Positions 1 through 12,654 of a DNA stretch of 64,000 bases are shown piece by piece. Below the pieces are notes generated by a model, which searched no databases, was not told the DNA's origin, and saw only the letters and a program-made list of their open reading frames with translations. Source of the DNA: Octopus bimaculoides (lineage: Eukaryota); NCBI RefSeq assembly GCF_001194135.2, contig NC_068985.1, positions 107,667,948-107,731,947 of the forward strand, in the 5' to 3' direction. Position numbers and translations under genes: made by a program. The first letter of the stretch is position 1. Each line of letters starts with the position of its first letter.

Positions 1-331
1 GAAAGAAAGAAAAAGAATTATAGGCGAACAATAAAGAAAAAGAGAGAAAAGAGTGCACAGAAGTAACCAAATAAAGAGAGACAAGTAGAAGAGAGAAAGA
101 TGAAGAGAGGAAGAAAATGAGAGAGGAGGAGAAGGTGGTGGTATTGTTGATAGTGATAATAGTTATTGATGTTGGTGAAAGTAATGGTTGGGGTGATAGA
201 TACTGAAGTGATAAGGGAGAGAGGAAGAGAAAGACAGAGATAAAAAATGCAGAGGGAAAAGTTAAGTGAAAAGGAAAAAGACAGATTTCTTTATTTCGTG
301 TGCAAGATTCTTGATGTGGATACGTGTGTTG

Positions 332-693
332 AAAGAAATACAATTAAACCTTGGGAGAGGCATTATGCTGGTAATAAACACACGCACTGGTTCAGTCCTT
401 TATTAATTTATATAGTTTTTTGTTAAATTATTTCATTGCACTCTTGCAATCTCTTCAGCCAAAATTTGAGATCAATATTTGATTAACCCAACTCATTTCT
501 AATGGCTTTGTACTGAAGCGATGACATCGGAATTTATTCAAAATAAATGGAAGTGGAGAGACAAGTTACTGAAGAGATTGCAAGAGTGCAATGAAATAAT
601 TTAACAAAAAACTATATAAATTAATAAAGGACTGAACCAGTGTGTGTTTATTACCGACATAATGCCTCTCCCAAGGTTTAATTAGATTTCTTT
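332..693 (+). mobile_element. Penelope-like element terminus/remnant: ~125-bp inverted repeat around a 110-bp spacer, containing a hammerhead motif
   Basis: 332-458 is the reverse complement of 569-693, with about 4 substitutions and one 2-nt indel. The right arm starts exactly at a CTGAAGA...GAAA core and contains AATAAA. PLE assignment is inferred from the hammerhead plus inverted-terminus architecture. Confidence 0.65.
565..605 (+). ncRNA. Minimal type I hammerhead ribozyme motif (predicted)
   Basis: Stem I GTTA(565-568)/TAAC(602-605); core CTGAAGA 569-575; extra G576; stem II ATTGCA/TGCAAT with AGAG loop; GAAA 593-596; vestigial stem III ATAAT; AUU triplet 599-601. Confidence 0.6.
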
Positions 694-1167
694 AGTTAGA
701 CTGAAAGAGAAAGAGAAACAAATACATAAACACACAAGCAGAGATACCTTAAATCTGTAAGAAAATATAATAATAATATGTGTTTGTGTTTATGTGAGTA
801 TATGTGTGAATATGTCTGTGCATTTACAACCATAATTCCATTTATATGCACACACACATAACGTATGTGTGTGTGTGTGCGTGTAAATTTAATTATGGTT
901 CTAAATACACGAATATACTCACATGCATACACATACACGTAGTTAAAACTGAGAAGAGATATGTGACAGATTAAAGAACTTTTTTAATTCTTATAACCCA
1001 ATTAACCCTATCTTGTTTGTGCCCTTTTCTTTTCCCCACCATCTCTTTATTTTGTCTCTAATTTCTTTAGCCTTTCCAGGCCTTCCTCTGTGACACACCA
1101 ACAGTTTATGACATTGCTGTGTAGTAGCATTGTTGTTTTCCTAATCAGTTGTGATACATCATAATTT

Positions 1168-1551
1168 GGTTGGCACTCTGTTGGTTACAACGACCAGGGT
1201 TCCAGTTGATCCGATCAATGGAATAGCCTGCTCGTGAAATTAACGTGCAAGTGGCTGAACACTCCACAGACACGTGTACCTTTAACGTAGTTCTCGGGGA
1301 GATTCAGCATGATACAGAGTGTGACAAGGCCGGCCCTTTGAAATACAGGTACAACAGAAACAGGAAGTAAGAGTGAGAGAAAGTTGTGGTGAAAGAGTAC
1401 AGCAGGGTTCTCCACCATTCCCTGCCAGAACCTTGTGGAACTTTAGGTGTTTTCGCTCAATAAACACTCACAACGCCTGGTCTGGGAATTGAAACTGCGA
1501 TCCTATGACCGCGAGTCCGCTGCCCTAATCACTGGGCCATTGCGCCTCCAC
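1168..1551 (-). mobile_element. tRNA-derived SINE, family A (head GGAGGCGCAATGGCCCAGTG), full length
   Basis: A-box/B-box tRNA-like head at the 1551 end; colinear with copies at 52378-52762 and 58609-58993; 12-bp TSD ACATCATAATTT(1156-1167)/ACATCACAATTT(1552-1563). Confidence 0.9.
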
Positions 1552-1904
1552 ACATCACAATTTAAAATCCATAGATATGGGCATGGCTGTGTGGTTAGAA
1601 ATTTCACTTTCCAGCCACATGGGAAGTATTTTACAAGGCTTTCTAAATGGATTTGGTAAACAGAAACTGAAAGAAGTTCATTGTTTATATTTATATAATC
1701 ACACACATGTGTCAGTGTTTGTGTCTCCTTGTCTTGATATCACCCGTAGGTTGTAACCAAGCATCACCATCATACTAACAGTGTCCTTCATTTCCAGTCT
1801 TCAGTAAAAACATGCTTCAGGTCTTATATGTGAAGTTGGTTTGCCTGTAAGCTTTAACACACTAAAATATTTTTTCCTGAATGTATACTGACGGAATATA
1901 TATA

Positions 1905-2110
1905 TATCATCATCATCATCATCATTGATTAATGCCTGTTTTCCATGCTGGCAGAGATTAGATGGTTTGACAGCATTTGGTGAGCCACAGGGCTGTGTAG
2001 TGCTTCAATTTCAGCTTTGGCACAGTTTCTACAGCTAGATACATTTCCTAACACCTACCACTTTACAATGTGTATTGGGTGCTGTTTACATGTCACCTCC
2101 ACTAGTAACT
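1905..2110 (-). mobile_element. Degraded 3' UTR fragment of the RTE-clade LINE ((ATG)n tail)
   Basis: (CAT)n followed by TTTTCCATGCTGGC...TTTCTACAGCTAGAT...CCTAACACC, similar to 12121-12310 and 39945-40100. Confidence 0.7.
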
Positions 2111-2377
2111 TGCAAGTGACAGTTACTTGTCTGAGAGTATCAAAAAAAAAAAAAAAAAAAAAANNNNNNNNNNNNNNNNNNNNNNNNNNNNNNNNNNNNN
2201 NNNNNNNNNNNNNNNNNNNNNNNNNNNNNNNNNNNNNNNNNNNNNNNNNNNNNNNNNNNNNNNNNNNNNNNNNNNNNNNNNNNNNNNNNNNNNNNNNNNN
2301 NNNNNNNNNNNNNNNNNNNNNNNNNNNNNNNNNNNNNNNNNNNNNNNNNNNNNNNNNTATATATATATATATATATG

Positions 2378-2710
2378 TATCTTATCTTTTACTTGTTTCA
2401 CTCACTGGACTACAGTTATGCTGGGGCCAGCCTTGAAGTATTTAGTCAAACAAATGAACTGCAGTACTTATGTTTTTAAACTTGGAGGCTTATTATTTTG
2501 GTCTATTTTCACCAAACTGCTGAATGATAGGGATGTAAACAAACCAACTCAGTTATCAAGCAATGGTGAGGGAAAAAAACACACACACATGTATATAAAC
2601 ATGACAGGCTGACAAGGCTTTGGTTGGTCTGGGGCTATAGAAGACACTTGTCCAAAGTGCTATGCAGTGAGACTGAACCCGAAACCATGTGGTTAGGAAG
2701 CAAACTTCTT
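2378..2710 (-). mobile_element. SINE family B, degraded copy
   Basis: Tail CTTTTACTTGTTTCA at 2385 and head fragment GAAGACACTTGTCCAAAG...ACTGAACCCGAAACCATGTGG...AAGCAAACTTCTT, matching the family B copies listed below. Confidence 0.7.
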
Positions 2711-5218
2711 AAATATATGTGTGTGTGTATATATAATTGTGGGTGTGTGTATATATAATTGTGGGTGTGTGGGTGTGTATAAGCTCATATGTCTCCTTGT
2801 CTTCATGTGTGTTTGCTGTTTTAAACAAAGGCTTTGCTATTCATACAGGTTCATACAGGTGGTATAATTTGTTTTCAATTTTCTGCATAATTATAACTGC
2901 ATCTAAATAGACTGGGTCATTACTATCTTGTTTGAAACAGATGAATGAATTTGGTGTCAGGAAGGGCATTTAGCTGAATAAAGGCTCTATCCCAATCTAG
3001 TCTTATCTGACATCATTTAGGCATGGAAAAGTGGCTGTTGAAATGACAAGAATGATGCTGCTGCTGATGATGATGAAGATAATGAATGATTCTAAATATA
3101 CGACAGAATACCTGCAGTGGAAGCCCACTCAGTCATGTTACAACTCTTATGTACTTAGAAAACCACACAAAATGGTTGCTGACATTGTAATTGTTGTTGT
3201 TGGTTTCAAAATATGTACAAACAGCTTGTGGGTGTATTGAGCTAGTGTATACGTGTGTGTGTGTGTGTGTGTGTGTGTGCATGCGTGTGTGTTTGCAGAT
3301 ATGGGTGTTGATGAGTGCAAGCTGATAACTGATGAATTAGAGCAGGGTAAGAAAGATAACACAGAACAAAGAAAAAGAATGATGCTAACGACTGTTGCTA
3401 CTGGATGCAACTAGATATATCATTGTCAATATGTTTATAACCCATATTCAAAATACACAGAGGAAAAAAAAAGATATTGGTGTTGCATATGTATTGAAAC
3501 AATACTGTTACGAACATTATAACTCATTGAAAATGTTGCACTGAACATTACAATACAACGGTACAGTATGGGTAATGCAATATGGTGTACTGCAATATGG
3601 TTTCAAATTTTGGCACAGAGCCAGCAGTTTTTGAAGGAAAGGGTAAATTGATTACAATGATCCTCAATACTTAACTGACAATTATTTTTTTGGCCCCTGA
3701 AAGATTGAAGGCAAATTTGACCTCAGTGGAATTTGAACTCAGAATGTAAAGACAGATGAAATACTGTTAAGCATTTTGTGTGGCGTACTAACATTTTTAT
3801 CAGCTTGCTACCTTACTGAACACTGGAATACACTGGTATTACATGGGTAATGAAGTATTATATTTTAGACATTATAATACAGTGGGATAATAGAGATAAT
3901 GAAACAAGTTGTAATAATCATAATCATTATGTGCACTTTTCCATGCTTGTATGGGTTGGACAGAATTTGTTGAGGTAAATTTTCTATGGCCGGAGGCCTT
4001 TCCTGTTGCCAATCCTCACCTGTTTCCAAGTAAGGCAATATTCTCCATGACTAGACATGTTTTCACAGGAGATTGGAAATGAAGGACACTGCTTGCATAA
4101 CAGTGACACTCATTTACAACAATCATGTGGTATCAAGGCAACACATTCTTATATATCAGTCTTCTTTCAGTTTCCATCTACCAAATCCGTTCACAAAGCT
4201 TTGGTTAGAATGAGGTTAGATTGAAGCCATAGAAGAAGACAATTGCCCAAGGTGCCATGCAATAGGACTGAAACTGGAGCCATGTGATTTAAAAGCAAAC
4301 TTCTTGCCACACAGCTATGCCTGTAACTAATGGACATTATAATACAATGTGTAGTGCAGATAATAAGACAAAGCTGAACATTGTGATGAAGGAACATAAA
4401 TTGACCCCAGTACTTGAATAGTGCATCATTTTATTGATCCCTGAAGGAAGAAAGACAAATATGACCTTCGCAAGATTTGAACTCAGAATGCAAAGGGTCA
4501 TAACTAAATGTCCCAAAGTATTTTGTCAGATGTTCTAATGATTCTGCCAATGTACTGATGAGAGGAATGTGATGAAATGGGATGAAAAGGAAAATCAATG
4601 TTATGTTGTAAATCTATTCCACCCATGCGAGAATGGAGAAACAGATGTTAAATTAGTCACAATGACATTAATGATGATGATGATGACGATGATGATGATG
4701 ATGATAGTGGTGGAAGTGATGAAGAAAATGAAATGACAGCAATGGTGATGATGACGATGTTATTAATGATGATAATGACGATGATATTCTTCCATTCTTT
4801 CAGTGGTTTCAGTCACTGAACTGTGACCATTCTGGGACAGTATAGAACCTTCAAGGGTTCTGACAGAATGTATCATCCTGAATGTTTTATTTTATTAATC
4901 TCTATTTGCCAAATCACTAAGTTATGTCACAGAGGGACACAACATAAACAACACTAGTTTATAGACTAGTTGTAAGCATAAATACAATCGGGGTGCCCAT
5001 ATGTTTTAATGTCTTAACTTGCTACATCAATTAAACTCGCAACCTCTTTACTGATAAGGTTTCATTCAACAAATGTCCCTAGATATTTTCCATAGATATG
5101 CTTTCATATTTCTCTCTCCCTCTCTTTCCCCATCCCAAAATATATATATGGTGGCCAAAACATCCATCTAACATATATGAATATATCAAATGTCGCACAA
5201 GTTTTGTTCACCTTATGT

Positions 5219-5250
<32 letters not shown>

Positions 5251-5255
5251 CTGTA

Positions 5256-5420
5256 AAAATATGTGACACTTATTCGGTAGCCATGATAAAACTCCTGTGA
5301 AAAATTTTTCACAGGAATTTTCAATGGCCAGATAACTGAAGAGATGTTGGTGTGGGCTCCCACCCCGGCATCTGAAGCTCAGAGTTTTATCATGGCTACC
5401 GAATAAGTGTCACATATTTT
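5256..5420 (+). mobile_element. Penelope-like element terminus with perfect 39-bp inverted repeat and hammerhead motif (runs into gap)
   Basis: 5256-5294 is the exact reverse complement of 5382-5420; 24-bp perfect palindrome at 5293-5316; hammerhead core between the arms. Confidence 0.65.
5327..5396 (+). ncRNA. Type I hammerhead ribozyme motif, probably decayed copy (GAAG instead of GAAA)
   Basis: Stem I GCCA-GATAA(5327-5335)/TTATC-a-TGGC(5387-5396); CTGAAGA 5336-5342; stem II GATGTTGG/CCGGCATC; GAAG 5374-5377; stem III CTC-A-GAG; GUU triplet 5384-5386. Confidence 0.7.
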
Positions 5421-6120
5421 NNNNNNNNNNNNNNNNNNNNNNNNNNNNNNNNNNNNNNNNNNNNNNNNNNNNNNNNNNNNNNNNNNNNNNNNNNNNNNNN
5501 NNNNNNNNNNNNNNNNNNNNNNNNNNNNNNNNNNNNNNNNNNNNNNNNNNNNNNNNNNNNNNNNNNNNNNNNNNNNNNNNNNNNNNNNNNNNNNNNNNNN
5601 NNNNNNNNNNNNNNNNNNNNNNNNNNNNNNNNNNNNNNNNNNNNNNNNNNNNNNNNNNNNNNNNNNNNNNNNNNNNNNNNNNNNNNNNNNNNNNNNNNNN
5701 NNNNNNNNNNNNNNNNNNNNNNNNNNNNNNNNNNNNNNNNNNNNNNNNNNNNNNNNNNNNNNNNNNNNNNNNNNNNNNNNNNNNNNNNNNNNNNNNNNNN
5801 NNNNNNNNNNNNNNNNNNNNNNNNNNNNNNNNNNNNNNNNNNNNNNNNNNNNNNNNNNNNNNNNNNNNNNNNNNNNNNNNNNNNNNNNNNNNNNNNNNNN
5901 NNNNNNNNNNNNNNNNNNNNNNNNNNNNNNNNNNNNNNNNNNNNNNNNNNNNNNNNNNNNNNNNNNNNNNNNNNNNNNNNNNNNNNNNNNNNNNNNNNNN
6001 NNNNNNNNNNNNNNNNNNNNNNNNNNNNNNNNNNNNNNNNNNNNNNNNNNNNNNNNNNNNNNNNNNNNNNNNNNNNNNNNNNNNNNNNNNNNNNNNNNNN
6101 NNNNNNNNNNNNNNNNNNNN

Positions 6121-6177
<57 letters not shown>

Positions 6178-7315
6178 AAACACCTGTTGTTAACTTCACA
6201 CGCCTTACACCTCCTTCTTCCTACATTGAACAACTGCTGCTGCACATTGATGCATTCAAACACACAACAACAGCCACCAGAAAATGGGAGAGGGAAGACT
6301 ATATAGTAGCTGTAGGAGAAAGAATGTGAAGAGGAAGAAAGGGAACAAGGAAGAAGAGAGAGGGGGAAGTATGAATGGGTTCAAGGCTTCGAAACTGGTG
6401 TCGGTGTCACAGAACTAACACCACAGTGAGAAATTCCATCACGTTTTACTAGCAGGAAGCTACAGGCCAACAGACTGTTTTAATGCCTTTACAATTCGAA
6501 CATTGATCAAATTTTCTATCCCTCCTGAGATGACCATTGACCCTACCCATCTCATGCTCAATCCTCTGTCTGGTGGGTGTTCATTAAGGTGGTTCCAATG
6601 ATACATCATTTCCAATGGGTACAGAGATGCAGAGGTGCATTATACAGAGGCTGCAAAATCAATCAGTGCAAATAGACAAGGAAAGGTCACTGTGACCAAA
6701 AATAATGGAATGACAAAAATGGGGTCAAACATTGTGGGAGTGCACATTGCAGCTCCCATGCACCCACCCCATTAATACCATTATAAGGAAATTGCAGTGT
6801 GCACTTCTTTAGTGCTGCATAGTTTCACATGCAACAGAAGATTTTGTTTAGTTTGCGAGTCTTATAGTTGACATCTTTCACTTGCTATATCTTTTTTTTT
6901 GCAAGGCCAAACCATCATCTAAAGAGGAACGGCGGCAAACAATTAACTAATATCATTCTGAGAATGATGGTACAAGAAGATTCAAAGACCCAGTATTCAG
7001 TGATTATACACAGTTGTATTTTTGTTGTTTTATTATTAATCTCATTAAGGTAGTAAACTGACAGAATCATTAGTGCATTGAACAAGATACATAATGATAT
7101 TTCTTCTGGTTCTTTACATTTGAGTTCAAATTCCACCAAAGTCAACTTTGCCTTTCATCCTTTCATGACTGAAAATACAAATCATGTATTAGGGTCAGTT
7201 TAATCAACTAATCCCCTCCCTATAAATTGATGGCTTTGGGCAAAAATGATAAAAAATTATTAACCTTGTCATGTTGTTGAAGACTGAGTGTGTGAATTTA
7301 CTTGTTACTCCTATA

Positions 7316-7486
7316 GGTGTAGGAGTGGCTGTGTGGTAAGTAGCTAGCTTACCAACCACATGGTTCCAGGTTCAGTCCCACTGCGTGGCACCTTGGGCAA
7401 GTGTCTTCTACTATAGCCTCGGGCCGACCAAAGCCTTGTGAGTGGATTTGGTAGACGGAAACTGAAAGAAGCCCGTCGTATATATG

Positions 7487-7523
<37 letters not shown>

Positions 7524-7770
7524 TTGTGTGTCTGTGTTTGTCCCTCCACCGTCACTTGACAACCAATGCTGGTGTGTTTACGTCCCCATAACTTAGCGGT
7601 TCAGCAAAAAGTGACCGATAGAATAAGTACTAGGCTTACAAAGAATAAGTCCTGGGNNNNNNNNNNTAGAATAAGTACTAGGCTTACAAAGAATAAGTCC
7701 TGGGGTCAATTTTCTCGACTAAAGGCAGTGCTCCAGCATGCCCGCAGTCAAATGACTGAAACAAGTAAAA
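7316..7770 (+). mobile_element. tRNA-derived SINE, family B (head GGCGCAGGAGTGGCTGTGTGG, internal TA/TG microsatellite, GAGTAAAA-type tail)
   Basis: A-box-like TGGCTGTGTGG, B-box-like GGTTCAGTCCC, internal (TA)n(TG)n, tail GTCAAATGACTGAAACAAGTAAAA; colinear with 29161-29565 and 35449-35932. Confidence 0.9.
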
Positions 7771-8079
7771 GTGACCATATTCCAATTAACTCTCATTAGT
7801 TGTAGTTAGGATCCATGGTGGTGAGAAGTGAGAATAAACAAAGATACTTGAGTAAATAAATAGCATACATTACATAATATACAGAACTATATTATGTAGA
7901 CAACACAGTGCAAGAAAGACATCTGCTAATAGTTTCCCTTTTTGGTTGTTTGGCTATTCTTCAGATAAATTATTTTGAATTCCAACATAACCTGAAGCAC
8001 AGCATGACACAAACCAAATCAAAATAATACTCTACTTAATGATATTGAGTACTTTTTCTTTCAGTGATTACTATTACTA

Positions 8080-8126
<47 letters not shown>

Positions 8127-9534
8127 GGTTTGGTGAGGTAACAGAAAAACAGAACTCAAAACATGAATATGATCATCAACATGTTTTTTTTTTAGTAATA
8201 ACCAGCAGAAGATNNNNNNNNNNNNNNNNNNNNNNNNNNNNNNNNNNNNNNNNNNNNNNNNNNNNNNNNNNNNNNNNNNNNNNNNNNNNNNNNNNNNNNN
8301 NNNNNNNNNNNNNNNNNNNNNNNNNNNNNNNNNNNNNNNNNNNNNNNNNNNNNNNNNNNNNNNNNNNNNNNNNNNNNNNNNNNNNNNNNNNNNNNNNNNN
8401 NNNNNNNNNNNNNNNNNNNNNNNNNNNNNNNNNNNNNNNNNNNNNNNNNNNNNNNNNNNNNNNNNNNNNNNNNNNNNNNNNNNNNNNNNNNNNNNNNNNN
8501 NNNNNNNNNNNNNNNNNNNNNNNNNNNNNNNNNNNNNNNNNNNNNNNNNNNNNNNNNNNNNNNNNNNNNNNNNNNNNNNNNNNNNNNNNNNNNNNNNNNN
8601 NNNNNNNNNNNNNNNNNNNNNNNNNNNNNNNNNNNNNNNNNNNNNNNNNNNNNNNNNNNNNNNNNNNNNNNNNNNNNNNNNNNNNNNNNNNNNNNNAAAA
8701 AAAAAAAAAAAGCCACTACACATTGTAAAGTAGGTACCATCTATCCTGGATGGATGAAAGGTAAAGTTGACCTTAGCAGGATCTGAACAATGCAGTGGAA
8801 ATATATCAATAAGAAGCCTATTAACAGAAATTTAGCAGAAATAGAAATAAAATATTGAAAAGTAAACATTTTAATGAGAATATTTAGATTTATAAGCAAC
8901 TAAAACATCTGTTAGAATTTCATCAAATGTGATTGATTTTCTTGTATAGAAATAGAGATACAATCTGAAGAGATTATAAGAAGGAAGATTATCTTTGCCA
9001 TTTGCTAAAAGCTGTTGAAATTCCTGGTTAATTCTTTCACAAATCTCCAGAATTTTGCACGACTGGAGCTTAACGTTGGTTTTTGTAATGTTAAACAGAT
9101 AAAGATACATTTCCTCACAGTTAAAAAAAAAACAACCCAGCAGTCGATAACTACCACTAGTAATGTTATCAGGCCAGACGCTTATTTCAACTGACTAGGC
9201 AAATTGATGAAAAATGTGTAGGTGGTGGTGATGACGATAGTGGCAGTGGTTGTGATGGTGATAATGGTGATGATGATGATGGTGGTGGTGGTGGAGATGA
9301 CACTAATGATGATGATGAAGAGGAGGAAGAAGTTCATGATGATGATGATGATGGCGATGATGAAAATGATACACAGAAATAAACTATGTCCCTTACGCAC
9401 ATTGGTAGTCTTCTAAGATGGTGGAGCATGATAAGAGAGAAAGATTTCATCAACATTTTTTGGCAAACAAAGTGACCATATACAATCCTTTTCGTTGTGC
9501 TTGTGTTATTTTTGTGGGTGGGGCATAATGTGGT

Positions 9535-9572
<38 letters not shown>

Positions 9573-9584
9573 TAATAATAATAA

Positions 9585-10487
9585 TGATTTCAAATTTTGG
9601 CACAGGAATTATGGAGGAAGGGATCAGTTGATTACACTAAACCCAATGCTCAATTGGTACTTATTTTATCAACCCCAAAAAGATGAAAGGCAATGTTGAT
9701 GTTGGCAGAATTTGAACTCAGAGCATAAAGATCAACAAAATGCCATGAAGCATTTTTCCCAGCACTGTAACGATTCTGCAAGCTTGCCACATTATGGTTT
9801 CAAATTTTGTCACAAGGCCAGCAATTTCAGGGATGGGGCGAAGTCGATTAGATTCACACCAGTGTTCAACTAGTGCTTATTTTATCGGTCCCGAAAGAAT
9901 GAAAGGCAAAGTCGACCCTGGCAGAATTTGAACTCAGAATGTAAAGACAGATGAAATGCTGCTAAGCATTTTGCCAGTATGCTGTTGATTCTGCCAGCTC
10001 ACCACCTTAAAAATCCTTTCTACTATAGGCACAAGGCCTGGAATTTGTGGGGAGGGGGAGAGGGAGAGTCGATCACATCAACCCCAGTACTTTATTGGTA
10101 TTTAATTTATCAACCCCGAAAGGGTTAAAGGCAAAGCTGGTCTCGGTGGAATTTGAACTCAGAACGTAAAAACAGATGAAATACCGTTAAGCATTTCACC
10201 CAGTGTGCTAATGATTCTGCTTTAATAACAATAATAATAATAATAATCCTTTCTACTATAGGCACAAGGCCTGAAATTTGGGGGAAGGAAGCCAGTCAAT
10301 TTGATCGATCCCAGTACACAACTGGTACTTAATTTATTGACCCCAAAAGGATGAAAGGCAAAGTTGACCTCAGCAGAATTTGAATTCAAATCGTAGCGAT
10401 GGGCAAAATACCGCTTAGCATTTTGCCTGATGTGCTAACGATTCTGACAGCTTGCCACCTTTATAATATTATATTATAATAATCATT

Positions 10488-10549
<62 letters not shown>

Positions 10550-10910
10550 TAATAATGATAATAACTTTCTCATTTTTGCATACGAGTAGCAATTTTTAAA
10601 GGGAAGAGGAAGTTAATAATAGAAACACTGGTATGTGACTAGAACTTTATTTTATTGACTCTGAAGGAATGAAAGGCCAAGTTTAGTCCAGCAAAATTTG
10701 AACTTTATTCCGTTGGAAGAAACACCACTAAACATTTTACTTGACATGCAAATGATTTTGGCCAGCTAACGACCTTAAATAATTGTCTCAAATTCTGACA
10801 TAAGGCTAGAAAATTTCAGGAAAGGGGACAAGTCAGTTACATTGACCCCAGTTTTTACCAGGTACTTTGGTTATCAACCTCAAAAGGATGAAAGGCAAAG
10901 TTGACCTTGA
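9585..10910 (-). mobile_element. Stack of ~6 same-orientation SINE family C copies (head GGCGGCGAGCTGGCAGAA) separated by (AAT)n
   Basis: Recurrent blocks GGCACAAGGC, GAAAGGCAAAGTCGACC, GAATTTGAACTCAGAA and CTGCCAGCTC starting near 9585, 9796, 10012, 10245, 10565 and 10785. Confidence 0.85.
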
Positions 10911-11116
10911 TTATGTACTAGGCTTAAAGTAAAACAAAAAATATGTATTGAGGTCCACTCTTTCGACTAAAGATTCTTCAAGGCAGTGCCTCAGCAAGGT
11001 TGCAGTCTAATGACTAAAATAAGTAAAAAATTAAAAGATATTAAAAGATTCATAAAAAAAAAGAGTGCATAGGCACACCAGGAGCAGTGTTGGTGAATTT
11101 CAGGAGTGCTCTAGAG

Positions 11117-11411
11117 CAGTGCTTCTCAAACTATCTGATGTGGTGTAACTGGCAGTTTTTTTTTCCAATGTGCCAGAGACTGGTAATATTTCTTAGTAAT
11201 ATTAATTTATACTGGAAACAATATATATAATGAATATAATAAAAGTTGACAATTATTTATTTTGTATCTTATATTTATTTTGTAAACAAATAATACAATA
11301 TTTTATAACATTTTATAATGTTTCTTTCTTTTCTGGAAACTCGCTGCGTACCGGCAGCTGATGCCTCACGGACCAGTGCTGGTCTGCGGACCACCACTTT
11401 GAGTAGCACTG
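11117..11411. mobile_element. Non-autonomous hAT (Charlie-like) DNA transposon, 295 bp
   Basis: TIR CAGTGCTTCTCAAA versus reverse complement CAGTGCTACTCAAA (13/14); 8-bp TSD CTCTAGAG(11109-11116)/CTCTGGAG(11412-11419), fitting the nTCTAGAn preference of Charlie elements. Confidence 0.9.
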
Positions 11412-12120
11412 CTCTGGAGGAGTTGTATTAGAAGTAGCCTATAGTACTTAATATAGGGTGTTGTAGATAGATGTGTCATTTGTCCCTGGAAGGACTCAAG
11501 TTTACTGCAATTTTCCTTTTCAGTTTTAGATTTTAGATTTGTTGCATCCATGATCTGTGCGTGTGTGTGATACATGTGCAATTTGTGATGATGCAAGTTA
11601 CAGCAATTTGTATACTTTGTAGCTTATTGTGGTTTGTTCTGGATTAATTGTGGACCCAGGTAGAGCAGGTATAATCAATGATGGATTTAACGTACTGAAA
11701 TCACAGGAGTTGTCTGAAGATATATATATATATATATATATATATTTTTATATCTTCTGAAGGTATTATGTCAAAGAGACATTCACTCACTCCTCTTTAG
11801 CTTGCTATTGTTGTTTCTCTCATAAAAAAAGAAAAATCAATAGTTACATGTCAGGGTCTACAACAATAAGAAATGTCAATATAAACCAGAATTTCTTTGT
11901 CGATGACCTACAAATCTATATTGGAAATATCCATAATGGCAAGAAACTTAGCTAGACTTAATAAACAATGCAATCGCACTTGTAGATGTTACATATACAC
12001 ACACACACATATATACATATGTATGTATGTGTGTGTGTGTGTGTACATATATATATATATATACACATATATATATATACACACACATGCAGAAATTGTA
12101 TAGATATTCTCTCTCTCTCA

Positions 12121-12580
12121 TATCATCATCATCATCATCATCATCATCATCGTTTAACGTCCGTTTTCCATGCTAGCATGGGTTGGACGATTTGACTGAG
12201 GACTGGTGAAACCGGATGGCTACACCAGGCTCCAATCTAATTTGGCAGAGTTTCTACAGCTGGATGCCCTTCCTAATGCCAACCACTCAGAGAGTGTAGT
12301 GGGTGCTTTTACGTGTCACCCGCACGAAAACGGCCACGCTCGAAATGGCGTCTTTTATGTGCCACCCGCACAAGCCAGTCCAGAGGCACTGGCAACGATC
12401 TCACTCGAAAATCCTACGGGAGCCAGTCAGGCGGTACTGGCAACGGCCACGCTCAAAATGGTGCATCTCATGTGCCACCCGCACAAGAGCCAGTCCAGGG
12501 GCACTGGCAACGATCTTATTTGGCTTGCCGGGTCTTCTCACGCACAGCACATTTCCAAAGGTCTCGGTCAGTAGTCATCG

Positions 12581-12582
<2 letters not shown>
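12121..12582 (-). mobile_element. 5'-truncated RTE-clade LINE: last ~21 codons, 3' UTR with internal tandem repeats, (ATG)n tail
   Basis: Minus strand reads AMTTDRDLWKCAVREKTRQAK* at the 12582 end, matching the ORF end at 40369-40440; ends GCATGGAAAACGGACGTTAAACGATGATGATG; flanked by a ~40-bp direct repeat. Confidence 0.85.
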
Positions 12583-12620
<38 letters not shown>

Positions 12621-12654
12621 CACACACACACACATGCAGAAATTGTATAGATAT

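Noticed and set aside
6340-6860. 500 bp of unique, more GC-balanced sequence as an exon or structured RNA
   Set aside because: No ORF of 60 codons or more, and only a small hairpin (TGGGAG-TGCA/TGCA-G-CTCCCA) compatible with chance.
7617-7705. Direct repeat TAGAATAAGTACTAGGCTTACAAAGAATAAGTCCTGGG around a 10-N gap
   Set aside because: Unmerged contig overlap, an assembly artefact.
8871-9110. 79-aa minus-strand ORF in unique sequence
   Set aside because: No recognisable domain and no convincing flanking splice sites.
12190-12225. CTGAGGA...GAAA in the RTE 3' UTR (antisense) as a hammerhead
   Set aside because: Only 5 nt lie between the boxes, so no stem II can form, and I found no convincing stem I.
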